A DNA stretch of 64,000 nt from Candidatus Poseidoniaceae archaeon (GCA_965662895.1 CBFIJH010000004.1:98073-162072); one strand, 5' to 3'; numbered from the stretch's first letter, positions 19,067 through 29,133 are shown. Made by a program: numbers and translations. The notes: generated by a model from the sequence alone, not told the origin.

Positions 19067-21807
19067 TTTTCCAAATCGATTTCAAACGATTCATCCTCTT
19101 GCCATCCCTTCTTTCTTGCAGATAGACCGAGGACGAGAGCTGCGATGATGACCCCTCCAATCAACAATGTTCGTGTGAGTGTTATTGCAGACGATTTGGA
19201 ATCCGATGGTTCCGCATTTTCACATGGAAGGCAGGCTGCAACCGGACACGGTTGATCGACGGGGTGTTCGTAGGTTTCACCACAGCAAAGGTCACAAATT
19301 TGTACGCCAGATTCATTTCCAACCGTCTCATTGTTCGAGTCGGGTAATTGTGTTTCATTGGTTGAGCCCGTTTGGTTTGTCGTATCACTTGTTTGATTTG
19401 TGGTATCATCCGTTTGATTTGTCGTATTTGTTTGATTGTTGTCGCTTGGCCCTTGACAACTTGGACAACACTCCCCCTCGGCAGCTGGTATCGTTGTCCA
19501 TCCATCAGGGCATGCATCACAGAACGCATCAGCACACGGGTCGGTTTGATACTGGCAACTTCCATCATCTTGGGTTGCTTCAGCATCAAAATTTGTTGCT
19601 GTGCTGTCCGTACAGCCTAGAATTGGTTCGGGTGGATATTCACAGGATCCATCGTCTACCGTAGCAGATGCGTCAAAATTGGTTGCTGTTGAATCTGTAC
19701 AACCGTACACAGGATTCACCTCAATATCAACATCGAGTTCGATAACAGTAACAGAATGGGCATCCACAGAAAGTGTACCATCGAGCATTGAGGATTCACC
19801 AAAACGGACAATGTCGTTGCTCTCAAAGCCCCCAACAGTCGTTGGAGCACCTCGATTAAGTACGACGGACATCGTTTGATTCTCATGCGTCATGTTGTAA
19901 ACCAAGAGATTCGCCATTGCGAGACGTGTACTGTACTCGCCACGTTGCAATGCAATCGATTCTGACCGTACCTTACCAAGTTCTGAGATGTTCTCAAACA
20001 ATTGCGATTCCATAGCACTCCACAAACTTTCATTTCGATACATGTGACGATTGTCAGGATCTGCACCACCGTATTCACCGTATTCATCACCATAATAGAG
20101 AAGTGGAGCACCAGGGGTTGTCAACAACCAGCCATACGCTTGCATAGCAGCGTTGTAGGCAGAGACATCACCTGGTTGACCAGGAAGTCCATCTTCAGCC
20201 CATTGATTGAACGCGTCATTGGTTCCAGTATCTGCACGACTCGTCAATCGAGGCACATCGTGACTGCCAACATATGGCACCATAATCGAACCATTGAGAT
20301 ACTGGTCCTGACTTCGGTTTGTCCAGTAATCAAGGTGCATGTAATTCTCATTGCCAGAAACGAAAACATTGTCGACAACTGCATGATAAAGCACGAAATC
20401 GGCTTGACCATCCAATCCATCCTCACCCATGTATCCATTAATCGTCCCGTATTGATCTTGATTATCTTCAAGCGAGTGTCCTTCCCAACCCATAGCAGTT
20501 TCGCCCTTGAGATAGTAATCCGTTCCAACCGTCTCGAACCGTTCATTGACTTGAGCGACTAAATTTCTTGTCGCTAAATCTTCGACGTGTTTCACGGCAT
20601 CGATTCGTAATCCATCTAAATCATAAGTTTCGAGCCACCAAAGCGCATCATCGATGAATTGTTCAGAAGCATTCCGAATCTTCCAGTTGACATCGGGCAT
20701 GTACGACGTAAATTGACAATCCAAGCGATGCTCGGTCCAATCACAGCCTGGAGAACCACAGATACAACCTGCATTGAACCACTCTGGATGTTCTTCGTAG
20801 TAGGTATGTTGCTCGTGAACATGGTTGACAACAAAATCCATCATGACCCGAATGTCACGGTCGTGGGCAGCTTGAATCAATGCATGAAGTTCTTCTTCAG
20901 TTCCCAGTTTGGGTTCGATGCCTCGTGGCTCGGTTGGCCAATATCCATGAAAGGCGGAGACATCATGTATTCCATCAGCAGCCTTCCCGGTTCCATTCGC
21001 TGCCGTATTGAAAGGGGTAAGCCAAAGTGCCCCTACACCCAATTCATCGAAATAACCCGATTCGATCATTTGGGTGACTCCAGCAAAGTCGCCCCCTTGC
21101 CAATCAGCACCTTGAGCAGCACCGACCATGGGCTCATCGTTCGATGTATTTCCATTGACGAATCGGTCGGTCATGACCATGTAGATGAGTGCGTCTTGCC
21201 ATTCAAAATCAGCACTTGGGCCTGTCCAAAAGGGTATCAACAGGTCGTATGCAGGGTTCCCGTTTACATCGAATCCATCGATTTTCAAGGTGTGCTTACC
21301 ATCAGTGAATCCACTTACATCATACGTCCAAGTGTGTTGTTGTGAATCCCAGACAGCACCTGAAATGGCGGATGGCGTTCCACTAAAAGCGGCTCCAGAA
21401 GAACCGGGATGATAGGTTACAACAAGCGATTCATCCGTCAATTCAGCACTGAATTGTGGCCGAACATGGTCGCGAACACGAACAAGGGAGTTTTCGAAAT
21501 CTCCACAATACGATCGTTCCGAATTCATTGGATCGAAAATGAATTCCTCATCGACAATGAATTTGTAACAATACAAGCCTTCCTGAAGTTCAACTTCGGC
21601 CGTCCAAATACCATCCTGTTCAGTCATTGGAATATGGTCGCTCCAGTTCCATTCTCCAACAACAAAGACCTCGTTGGCAACACCTTCGTACGAGAACAAC
21701 GTCGTTGATGATAACGAATGTTCCGTCGCACGCACCTCGTTTGATGAAAGGGGTGAAAAGACAACAAGGAGCATCATCAAAATCAAGAAACGCGGTGCGA
21801 ATTTCAT
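19054..21807 (-). CDS. Secreted membrane-anchored GH13 alpha-amylase-family enzyme with N-terminal CBM48-like module and Cys-rich stalk
   Basis: Signal peptide; EVFVVGEWNW..YKFIVD (CBM48-like); DFVVNH, GLRIDAVKH, KGE, GSHDVPR; C-terminal TM. Confidence 0.9.
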   Translation of the reverse strand: MKFAPRFLILMMLLVVFSPLSSNEVRATEHSLSSTTLFSYEGVANEVFVVGEWNWSDHIPMTEQDGIWTAEVELQEGLYCYKFIVDEEFIFDPMNSERSYCGDFENSLVRVRDHVRPQFSAELTDESLVVTYHPGSSGAAFSGTPSAISGAVWDSQQHTWTYDVSGFTDGKHTLKIDGFDVNGNPAYDLLIPFWTGPSADFEWQDALIYMVMTDRFVNGNTSNDEPMVGAAQGADWQGGDFAGVTQMIESGYFDELGVGALWLTPFNTAANGTGKAADGIHDVSAFHGYWPTEPRGIEPKLGTEEELHALIQAAHDRDIRVMMDFVVNHVHEQHTYYEEHPEWFNAGCICGSPGCDWTEHRLDCQFTSYMPDVNWKIRNASEQFIDDALWWLETYDLDGLRIDAVKHVEDLATRNLVAQVNERFETVGTDYYLKGETAMGWEGHSLEDNQDQYGTINGYMGEDGLDGQADFVLYHAVVDNVFVSGNENYMHLDYWTNRSQDQYLNGSIMVPYVGSHDVPRLTSRADTGTNDAFNQWAEDGLPGQPGDVSAYNAAMQAYGWLLTTPGAPLLYYGDEYGEYGGADPDNRHMYRNESLWSAMESQLFENISELGKVRSESIALQRGEYSTRLAMANLLVYNMTHENQTMSVVLNRGAPTTVGGFESNDIVRFGESSMLDGTLSVDAHSVTVIELDVDIEVNPVYGCTDSTATNFDASATVDDGSCEYPPEPILGCTDSTATNFDAEATQDDGSCQYQTDPCADAFCDACPDGWTTIPAAEGECCPSCQGPSDNNQTNTTNQTDDTTNQTSDTTNQTGSTNETQLPDSNNETVGNESGVQICDLCCGETYEHPVDQPCPVAACLPCENAEPSDSKSSAITLTRTLLIGGVIIAALVLGLSARKKGWQEDESFEIDLENQEN
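19545..19705 (-). repeat. Two tandem GCTDSTATNFD-A--DDGSC-Y peptide repeats in the GH13 stalk
   Basis: GCTDSTATNFDASATVDDGSCEY and GCTDSTATNFDAEATQDDGSCQY in the translation. Confidence 0.85.
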
Positions 21808-22592
21808 TCGTTAACCTCCTGTGGTTTTTTGAACAATGCGTTGGCTGTATCGACCAAATCGTCAATGTGCTTGCAAAGGAAAGAACGAACAAATTCGTTT
21901 GCAGGGTTATGATAAGCCTCCATTGGTTCACAATGCTGTTGCAATACACCCTTGTCGAGAATAGCAATGCGATCGGCTAATGTCATGGCCTCGATTTGAT
22001 CGTGTGTCACATAGATAGTGGTCGTTCCCAATTCATTGTGCAGGCGTCGTATTTCATTCCGCATTTGATGACGAAGTTCTGCATCAAGGTTGGAAAGTGG
22101 CTCATCCATGAGAAGAACCTTCGGTCTTCGAATCAGAGCACGACCGAGTGCAACGCGCTGACGTTGACCACCACTCAACTCCTTTGGTTTCTTGTCGAGA
22201 TGATCCTTCAATTCCAACAATTGAGCTACATCGATGACTCGCTTTGAAATCTCATCACCATTTAATTTCTCATCGCCTTTCATCATTCGCAATCCGAACG
22301 ACAAATTGTCACGAATGGTCATGTGAGGATAGAGAGCATAAGATTGGAACACCATACCAAGTCCTCGCGCACCTGCGGGCAGATGGTTCACTTTCATGCC
22401 GTCAATTCGTATGTCACCCGCCGTGACTTCCTCAAGTCCAGCAAGCATTCGAAGCGTGGTTGACTTTCCACAACCTGATGGACCGAGGAGTACCAAGAAT
22501 TCCTTATCTTTGATGTCCAAGGTCAAGTCCTGGACAGCTTGGAACCCATCTTCGTACAGTTTGTTCACGTTTTCAAATTCTACACTTACCAT
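21804..22592 (-). CDS. malK: Sugar ABC transporter ATP-binding protein (MalK/MsmK type, short)
   Basis: GPSGCGKST, VFQSYALYPHM, LSGGQRQR, MDEPLSNLD, YVTHDQ. GGTGA RBS precedes the ATG at 22592. Confidence 0.88.
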   Translation of the reverse strand: MVSVEFENVNKLYEDGFQAVQDLTLDIKDKEFLVLLGPSGCGKSTTLRMLAGLEEVTAGDIRIDGMKVNHLPAGARGLGMVFQSYALYPHMTIRDNLSFGLRMMKGDEKLNGDEISKRVIDVAQLLELKDHLDKKPKELSGGQRQRVALGRALIRRPKVLLMDEPLSNLDAELRHQMRNEIRRLHNELGTTTIYVTHDQIEAMTLADRIAILDKGVLQQHCEPMEAYHNPANEFVRSFLCKHIDDLVDTANALFKKPQEVNE

Positions 22593-22596
22593 AATC

Positions 22597-23844
22597 TCAC
22601 CCTTTGACGCCACCTGCGGATAAACCATCGATCAAAAATTTCTGGAAAAAGAGGAATAAGAGGGCCACAGGTAAACTTACCAACAAACTGGCAGCAGCAA
22701 AGTCACCCCATGCTTGACCCGTGGATGAAATAAGGGAGGCCAACCCGACCGGAAGTGTGTACATGTCATTTGAGGTGTTGAACGTTAATGCCAACAAGAA
22801 TTCGTTCCAAGCAGCGAGGAAACTAAACAATGCTGTGACGGCGATGGCGGGGGTTGAGAGAGGCAACACAACCTTCGTAAAAACCTGGAATTGGTTGCAA
22901 CCATCAAGGGCAGCAGCTTCCTCAAGTTCGCGAGGAATTGTATCAAAAAACCCCTTCAACATCCAAACACAAAGTGGTAACGCTGTAACACAGTAAGCAA
23001 GGATAAGTCCCAAATGTGAATTCAAAAGACCAAGCGTCTTCATAACCAAGAAGTATGGAACAAGAATAATGATTCCTGGGAACATTTGCACCAAAAGGAA
23101 GGAAAACATGGAAGCGTCACGTCCAGTAAATTTGTATCGACTAAACGCATAACCTGCAGGTATGGCGATGAAGAGTCCGAGAAGAGCAGTTCCAACACTC
23201 ACAATAAGCGAATTTGTTAACCACGTCCAAAACGAATCCCCATTGAGTATCTTCGAGAAATGATCCGTTGTGAAGGAATCACCGATTTGTCCCCCAAGAG
23301 CATTCCCTTCTGAGAACGCAATGTCAATAATCCAAACCAATGGAATGACCGTAATGGCGACAAAGTGAAGAAGCGTGATATGTGTCGATGTTGCATGGTA
23401 AAATTTGCTTAGATTCGCATTCCTCATCAACCCGTACTCAATTGCTGAATCGGAGAGTTTCCTCGAGGTCCAAACTGTAACAGGTCGTCCCGACAGCCAG
23501 AAGAGTGTCAAACCGGATGGAAGAAGGCTCCAGCAATGAAACCAGATGTTAAAGATGGTTGGGTCGGTTCGTAGAATCCGGTACACAGCGATACCGAAAA
23601 GTGACGCACTTAAGACCAAAGAGATGTTCCTGCGTACATGGTCGTTAACGTTCGGAAGCGATGCACGAAGAGCCGCAAAGAGAAGGCAAGTAATTACCCC
23701 AAGAAGGAGTAAGTCCGATTCAGCACGGAGATAATCCACTGTAAGAAGAAGGATATTCATGAGAAATGCAGCAACAAGCCATCGTCGCAACATGACAATT
23801 TCCAATGGCACATACCACCAGCGCATGTCATTGGAATCGGTCAT
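22597..23844 (-). CDS. malG: Maltodextrin ABC permease MalG with N-terminal extra TM region
   Basis: AGYAFSRYKF, VQMFP, KGFFDTIPRELEEAAALDG, WGDFAAAS, GLSAGGVKG. Confidence 0.88.
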   Translation of the reverse strand: MTDSNDMRWWYVPLEIVMLRRWLVAAFLMNILLLTVDYLRAESDLLLLGVITCLLFAALRASLPNVNDHVRRNISLVLSASLFGIAVYRILRTDPTIFNIWFHCWSLLPSGLTLFWLSGRPVTVWTSRKLSDSAIEYGLMRNANLSKFYHATSTHITLLHFVAITVIPLVWIIDIAFSEGNALGGQIGDSFTTDHFSKILNGDSFWTWLTNSLIVSVGTALLGLFIAIPAGYAFSRYKFTGRDASMFSFLLVQMFPGIIILVPYFLVMKTLGLLNSHLGLILAYCVTALPLCVWMLKGFFDTIPRELEEAAALDGCNQFQVFTKVVLPLSTPAIAVTALFSFLAAWNEFLLALTFNTSNDMYTLPVGLASLISSTGQAWGDFAAASLLVSLPVALLFLFFQKFLIDGLSAGGVKG

Positions 23845-26462
23845 CCTACCGCCTCCGTGGCATTGGTTTGCTTCATGTATCGCCAAGAGAATGCAAACAA
23901 CATCAGGAAGATGATGACCGACCACGCCGCTGCAACGCCATAGGCACCTTCACGGAAGGCCACATCGTAGACGTAAGTGATCAAAATATCTGTTTGACCT
24001 GGTTCGCCAAAGTAGAGATTCGGACCACCATCCGTCATCAAATAAATGACGTTGAACATGTTGAATGTCCAGATAAATCCAAGAAGCGTGAGCGGAATTA
24101 AGGCACTTCGCAAGTTTGGTAACGTCAGATGTCGGAACGCTTGCCACCCCATTACACCGTCGATTTCAGCGGCCTCGTACATGTTCTTGGGTAACGATTG
24201 CAATGCACCACTTATGGACATCATCATGAACGGAACACCCAACCAAATGTTCACAAGAATAACAATAATTTGTGCCCCAGTTGGATCTGAAAGGAAATCG
24301 ATGTTGGTTCCGAGTAGGTCGTTGATAAAACCATCCGGTTGGAACATACCCCTCCAGACGAGTACAGAAATGTAAGATGGAACAGCCCAAGGAAGCAACA
24401 AAACCGTGCGGTAGGCAACCTTACCTCGAATACGACTACGATGCAACATGATAGCGAGGAACAACCCAATTCCGATGTGTGCTGAAACATTGACAACGGT
24501 CCAAACAAGGGTGAACAAGGTCACACGGAGGAAGCCATCCGAAGCAAAAACCTCCCAGAAGTTCTCGAGTCCAATGAAGGATTGATCGCCAAGTTGCGTT
24601 TGATTTGCATCGGTAAATGCAAGCCAAAACCCGTACAAAACAGGATAGAAAGTCAGGATTGCCAACGAGAGTAAGGCAGGTGCAACATAGAAGTGCGCAA
24701 GTTTTGATTTCGTCCGACCAAGTTTTGTGTCGTTCCACTTTGCAAAACTGAGCAATGCAATGAGCGAAAGAACAATTGCTCCTAAGGCGAACATGACTGG
24801 TGATGTATCACCTGCTTCAGGTCGTTCATCGGCAACACTGGTACGCGCATTGATGGAAGAAATCAAAACACCATCTCCGTACACTTCAATTCGATGTTCT
24901 TGACCAGGAACCATACCTGTAAGGTCGCATTCTATTGCATCCATAGTTTCCAAGGCGACCCGTTGTTGGCCGACTTGGAACAGCTCATTGGCTCCAGCAG
25001 TACACGAATCATAACCGAGAAGTGAACCGTTGTTTGATGCTTCGATACGAATCTCTGTGTGCAATTGATCATCAACAAAAACGTCGTACGCTGTCGCATT
25101 GGTTGTCTCAAACTCGATGGTAATCGTACGGTAACCCTCTGCAAGCGGGTAAGGCTCTGCACGAGAGATTGAATCCATTTGCTCTTGGAGTTGTTGATTG
25201 GCCCCTGACAAGGCATCCACTGTTGAGGCAATGCCTGAATACGCCTGCTCAAAAGCGGTTGACAACGGATCGTAAACAAGGGACATGGCTCTTGTGGTCG
25301 GAGCGGGCGTTCCTTCCTTGGTTTGCTGAAGGAAACCAGCGAGCACTTCATCTTCGTTGATTTCTGAATCTGATTCAAGTGCAACATGTGTGGGCATCGT
25401 GTACGTCTCAACTGCAAATTCCTTCTGGACATCTTCCGATGAGAGCCAAAGTGCAAGTTCTGTTGCTGCAATTTTATTGGCGCTTTGTTTGCTCACAGTC
25501 CACCCTTTGTAGGTAACAAGTGGCGACATTCGCTGCTCAGTACTTTCGACAGTTGGCAACAACGTTTGACCAATGTTTAGCCGACTGGCTTCATAGGTCG
25601 CCCAATTCCATGGACCATCGAAAATCATGGCTGCTTTTGAGGAAATAAACTGATTCTTCATACCCTCAATCTGTGTACCCGTTGCGACCACACCGTGTTC
25701 CAATTCCAAATCAAGCATCCATTGCATCGCTTCACTCGAACCATTCGAATTGAGCGTAGGCTCACCGTTCTCATCAAAGAGCGAACCTCCAAATCCTTCC
25801 TGAATTGGGAACCACCAATATGCGGTCTTGACTGGAATTGCCAGTCCTTGCACATCATCATAGGTCAGGGATTTCGCTGCCTGCAACAAGTCTTCTTCCG
25901 TCCAACTCTCATCCGGATATTCAAGACCGCGGGAGTCAAACAACGCTTTGTTGTAAATCAAAGAAAGACAGTCCTGACTTGCTGGAACCCCGTACAGTGC
26001 GTCACCGTAACGCATCGCTTGAAGAGCACGCTCCTCGAATTGGGCTCGGTCTTGTGGCGTGAGGTGAGGTCGTAAATCTTCCAACAGCGGGTATCCATCG
26101 ACACGTACCTCTCCAATAGCGCCGAGTTGGTCACTCGATAATCGCATCAAATCAGGAGCTTGTCCACCCTGAGCAGCAGTCATGAACAACTGATCAGCGT
26201 TACCAAACGGAACCATCGTCACGTCAACCGTAACATTCGGATTCACAGTCTCGAAGGTCGAAATAGAATTCATGAAGACTTGTTCTTCCTTGCTTTCAGC
26301 AGCGAACGTATGCCAAACTTCGAGAACGACTTGACCGTCTACGGATGTTGCTTCACCAGATTGTTGATCAGTTCCGAGGCAGCCCGATAAGAAAAGCAAC
26401 ATGAACAAGGCGAAGGCAAGGAGTCGTTTCCGAAAGGAAGGACCATGCTCCACCCCCAGCAT
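23841..26462 (-). CDS. Fused maltodextrin-binding protein (MalE) and permease (MalF)
   Basis: Lipobox LSGC; SBP_bac_1-type motifs (APDL, LYGVP..LIYNK, FDGPW); C-terminal MalF motifs LLPWAVP, WLGVPFMM, YEAAEIDG, FNMFNVIYL, TDILIT. Confidence 0.88.
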   Translation of the reverse strand: MLGVEHGPSFRKRLLAFALFMLLFLSGCLGTDQQSGEATSVDGQVVLEVWHTFAAESKEEQVFMNSISTFETVNPNVTVDVTMVPFGNADQLFMTAAQGGQAPDLMRLSSDQLGAIGEVRVDGYPLLEDLRPHLTPQDRAQFEERALQAMRYGDALYGVPASQDCLSLIYNKALFDSRGLEYPDESWTEEDLLQAAKSLTYDDVQGLAIPVKTAYWWFPIQEGFGGSLFDENGEPTLNSNGSSEAMQWMLDLELEHGVVATGTQIEGMKNQFISSKAAMIFDGPWNWATYEASRLNIGQTLLPTVESTEQRMSPLVTYKGWTVSKQSANKIAATELALWLSSEDVQKEFAVETYTMPTHVALESDSEINEDEVLAGFLQQTKEGTPAPTTRAMSLVYDPLSTAFEQAYSGIASTVDALSGANQQLQEQMDSISRAEPYPLAEGYRTITIEFETTNATAYDVFVDDQLHTEIRIEASNNGSLLGYDSCTAGANELFQVGQQRVALETMDAIECDLTGMVPGQEHRIEVYGDGVLISSINARTSVADERPEAGDTSPVMFALGAIVLSLIALLSFAKWNDTKLGRTKSKLAHFYVAPALLSLAILTFYPVLYGFWLAFTDANQTQLGDQSFIGLENFWEVFASDGFLRVTLFTLVWTVVNVSAHIGIGLFLAIMLHRSRIRGKVAYRTVLLLPWAVPSYISVLVWRGMFQPDGFINDLLGTNIDFLSDPTGAQIIVILVNIWLGVPFMMMSISGALQSLPKNMYEAAEIDGVMGWQAFRHLTLPNLRSALIPLTLLGFIWTFNMFNVIYLMTDGGPNLYFGEPGQTDILITYVYDVAFREGAYGVAAAWSVIIFLMLFAFSWRYMKQTNATEAVG

Positions 26463-26515
26463 GCACCGCCCTTGAATTATGCCGACTTAAACACCACGGA
26501 AAGCCGTTGAAAACA

Positions 26516-27436
26516 TTAGTTTGAATTGTGGTAGGCAACTGGCAATTGACCAAGTTGCATCCATTCGAAATGCAAGAGGGTCTTCATTTCCATTCGAGCA
26601 CCTTGTCTCCATCGTTTCCTCATGGTCCGTTCAACCTCTCGGCTTGGAAGAGGTGGAGCAGAAAACCTGCAGTTCGATTCATCAGCCTTCGGAATGGGTG
26701 CATCGTTCCACTCAACACCCCATAGAATCAACCATTCCGGAGGAGCGACACCAAAGTCCACCTCAATTTCTGGATGTTCAATCGCCTTTTGGACATCACT
26801 TGGTGTAATCTCTCCAAGCGCAAGAAGATGGATTGCCATTGCAGTACGTCGAACTTGATTCCAGAGAAATGCTTCACCAACGATTTCGAATCCAACAGTT
26901 CGACCATCGACAATCCATGGAGTGCACGAACGAACGGTTCGAATTGGGTTTTTTCCGGGTTCAAGTCGGGCAAAGTTTCGAGCATCGTACGTCCCTTCGA
27001 ACAACTTCAACCAATCCACGATTGCTTCACCAGGATCTTTCCAAAACTCGATCCCTTCCAACCTGTATCGATACGTACGGTAGAGCGCCATCCGCGGATT
27101 CCAATCACCATCAACCTCTCGAACATCCAAAAAAGCAATTTCATCAGGAAGAAGGTCATCAACTGCACGAACGAATTTACGAGGCGTGATGCTCTCCCAG
27201 AGCGAGGTAGCGATTCGAACGGTTCCGCCATTCAAACGAACGTGGACACCAGCATCCGTCCGACTTGAAAGAACCAAATTGTGTCCTTCTTGGTTTGCCG
27301 AAATCCATCCCAGCTTCTGAAATGCGTGAATCAGTTCTCCTTGGACGGTACGAACATCGGGTTGAATCTGGCTGCCATGAAAAGCGTCGCCAAGATAGCC
27401 AATTCGAAAATGCAGACGAGTTTCTGCATCGGACAT
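26516..27436 (-). CDS. truA: tRNA pseudouridine(38-40) synthase
   Basis: GYLGDAFHGSQIQPDVRTVQG, SRTDAGVH (catalytic Asp), FLWNQVRR. Confidence 0.92.
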   Translation of the reverse strand: MSDAETRLHFRIGYLGDAFHGSQIQPDVRTVQGELIHAFQKLGWISANQEGHNLVLSSRTDAGVHVRLNGGTVRIATSLWESITPRKFVRAVDDLLPDEIAFLDVREVDGDWNPRMALYRTYRYRLEGIEFWKDPGEAIVDWLKLFEGTYDARNFARLEPGKNPIRTVRSCTPWIVDGRTVGFEIVGEAFLWNQVRRTAMAIHLLALGEITPSDVQKAIEHPEIEVDFGVAPPEWLILWGVEWNDAPIPKADESNCRFSAPPLPSREVERTMRKRWRQGARMEMKTLLHFEWMQLGQLPVAYHNSN

Positions 27437-27445
27437 AACCGAGCC

Positions 27446-27964
27446 TCAATCTTCGGAGGTTAGGATTTTTGCTGCTTCCTCTGGAGTGTAGCCAAGTCCA
27501 CCAACTGCCCAAATCAAAGCTTGCTTAACCCATGGTTGAACCATCGGGTTGCCTTTTTCTGGGTCGATGACTTCAATGGTGTCAACTATGTTTCTTGCAG
27601 CCATGTAAAGAACGTCATCGGTTGGGATGTCTGCCATCTCGAGACGGCGGCTGTACCGTTGGAACTCTTTGACCGCTTGAGGTACTCGACGACATTCAAG
27701 GGCAAACGAGGCAAAATCAGCGATGTACTCATCGTTTTCTTCATCAAGTTCCATTGCCTTTTTGTACGACATCATGATTTTTGTACCGGGGACAACATCG
27801 TCCTGTTCTTCCATGTTGAGCATGTTTGCAAATTCTGCATAGGTGTGCTGAAGTATTGCGTTGTCTCGGTTGGAACGTAGTTTGCCATCCAAATTTTCAA
27901 CAGCACCTTTCAAGTCACCAGAGCGAAATAATTCCATCGCTTCTGCCATCACATCATCACTCAT
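27446..27964 (-). CDS. Hypothetical alpha-helical (TPR-like) protein
   Basis: AMELFRSGDLKGAVE and YKKAMELDEEN are TPR-like. Within the operon. Confidence 0.55.
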   Translation of the reverse strand: MSDDVMAEAMELFRSGDLKGAVENLDGKLRSNRDNAILQHTYAEFANMLNMEEQDDVVPGTKIMMSYKKAMELDEENDEYIADFASFALECRRVPQAVKEFQRYSRRLEMADIPTDDVLYMAARNIVDTIEVIDPEKGNPMVQPWVKQALIWAVGGLGYTPEEAAKILTSED

Positions 27965-28014
27965 GCTTCTCTCTCCGATTTGACCAAAAATTGGGGGTTC
28001 TTGAAGACAGCGGT

Positions 28015-29055
28015 TCATTCTTGTCCTTGGTTTTGTTCGGTTAGGATTTCAGCGAGGTTGTCCAACTTTGTAGACTGACTGTGCTTTTTGTGCATCTCAT
28101 TCAGGAGAGTCTTGGTATCCTCCCAACCACGGATTTTGTAAAAGCAGTGTTTCGGATCGGGCCGAACGGTGCGGATTGTGCGTTGGTAGAACAACAACGC
28201 AAAGAAGGATTTGAGAAGACTCTTTCCTGCTTTTTCGGCAGTGGTGTCGCCCTCATTTTCAGGCAGGTTCGGAGAGACTCCAACACTACCACCAACAGAT
28301 TCTTCGACGATTCCGACACCGGAATCGGTCAGAATCGAAAGCGTAGCAAATCCCGTCATGGTTCCAAATGGCGTGCGTTCCACCTGCACTTCTGAAATAC
28401 GATCGAAAAGAATTCTTCGATGAGCACGACTGAGGAGGAATGCATGCTTGAAGATGACAGCATTGCTTGTAATGGCATAATCAAAACTTCGCTGATAGTA
28501 GAACACCAGCGCCCAATATGTCAGCGTAAGGACAAGCCCTGCAATAAGGAAATTGTAGGTAAGGCCGAGGAATGGTTCAACATCTGCATCAGAGAATAGG
28601 TCTCGAATCAGTGCGATGAAACCATCTATCTGAATAAATACGGGCAAGAAGGTCGCTAGGAGCAACCAAACCGTTACCCACTTTCCGGACGTCGATGTGT
28701 TCATCATTCTGTTAAACCATGTGATGATGGCCATGACCAAAACAAACCCAAACGGGAACGTAGAACCTCCCAATCCCATGACCCAAACGATAAATTTCGC
28801 AAACCCTCCGGAATTTTCGTTCAAGAGAGCGTCCGGTTTCCAAAAGAGCAAATGGATTCCAAAGACGATTAATCCAAGGACGTACATACCCATGAATCCA
28901 ACGGGACTCGGAGATTTCGTGAGAAGGACTTCCTCTCCTTCGATGAGCTTAAACCGGTGCTTCAACGCATCTTCGTTGGACATTTTTTTCGAAGAATCAT
29001 CGACTTCAGTGCTTGTGTTTTCAGTTTCTCGAGACTGGACCTCTTCATCGCTCAT
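28015..29055 (-). CDS. Membrane protein with bacterial PH (bPH_2) domain
   Basis: 4 TMs, then YAITSNAVIFKH...RRILFDRISEVQVERTPFGTMTGFATLSILT. Confidence 0.7.
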   Translation of the reverse strand: MSDEEVQSRETENTSTEVDDSSKKMSNEDALKHRFKLIEGEEVLLTKSPSPVGFMGMYVLGLIVFGIHLLFWKPDALLNENSGGFAKFIVWVMGLGGSTFPFGFVLVMAIITWFNRMMNTSTSGKWVTVWLLLATFLPVFIQIDGFIALIRDLFSDADVEPFLGLTYNFLIAGLVLTLTYWALVFYYQRSFDYAITSNAVIFKHAFLLSRAHRRILFDRISEVQVERTPFGTMTGFATLSILTDSGVGIVEESVGGSVGVSPNLPENEGDTTAEKAGKSLLKSFFALLFYQRTIRTVRPDPKHCFYKIRGWEDTKTLLNEMHKKHSQSTKLDNLAEILTEQNQGQE

Positions 29056-29133
29056 CGTGTTGACCCATTATGGTGTTGTCACACAAGCACATAAGCCCTT
29101 TGCCGGATTTAAATCCAAACAAGTCGCATTTGG

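Noticed and set aside
19330-19445. Short repeated DNA units as a possible CRISPR or VNTR
   Set aside because: These are degenerate coding repeats for the TNQT linker; there is no repeat-spacer structure and no cas gene.
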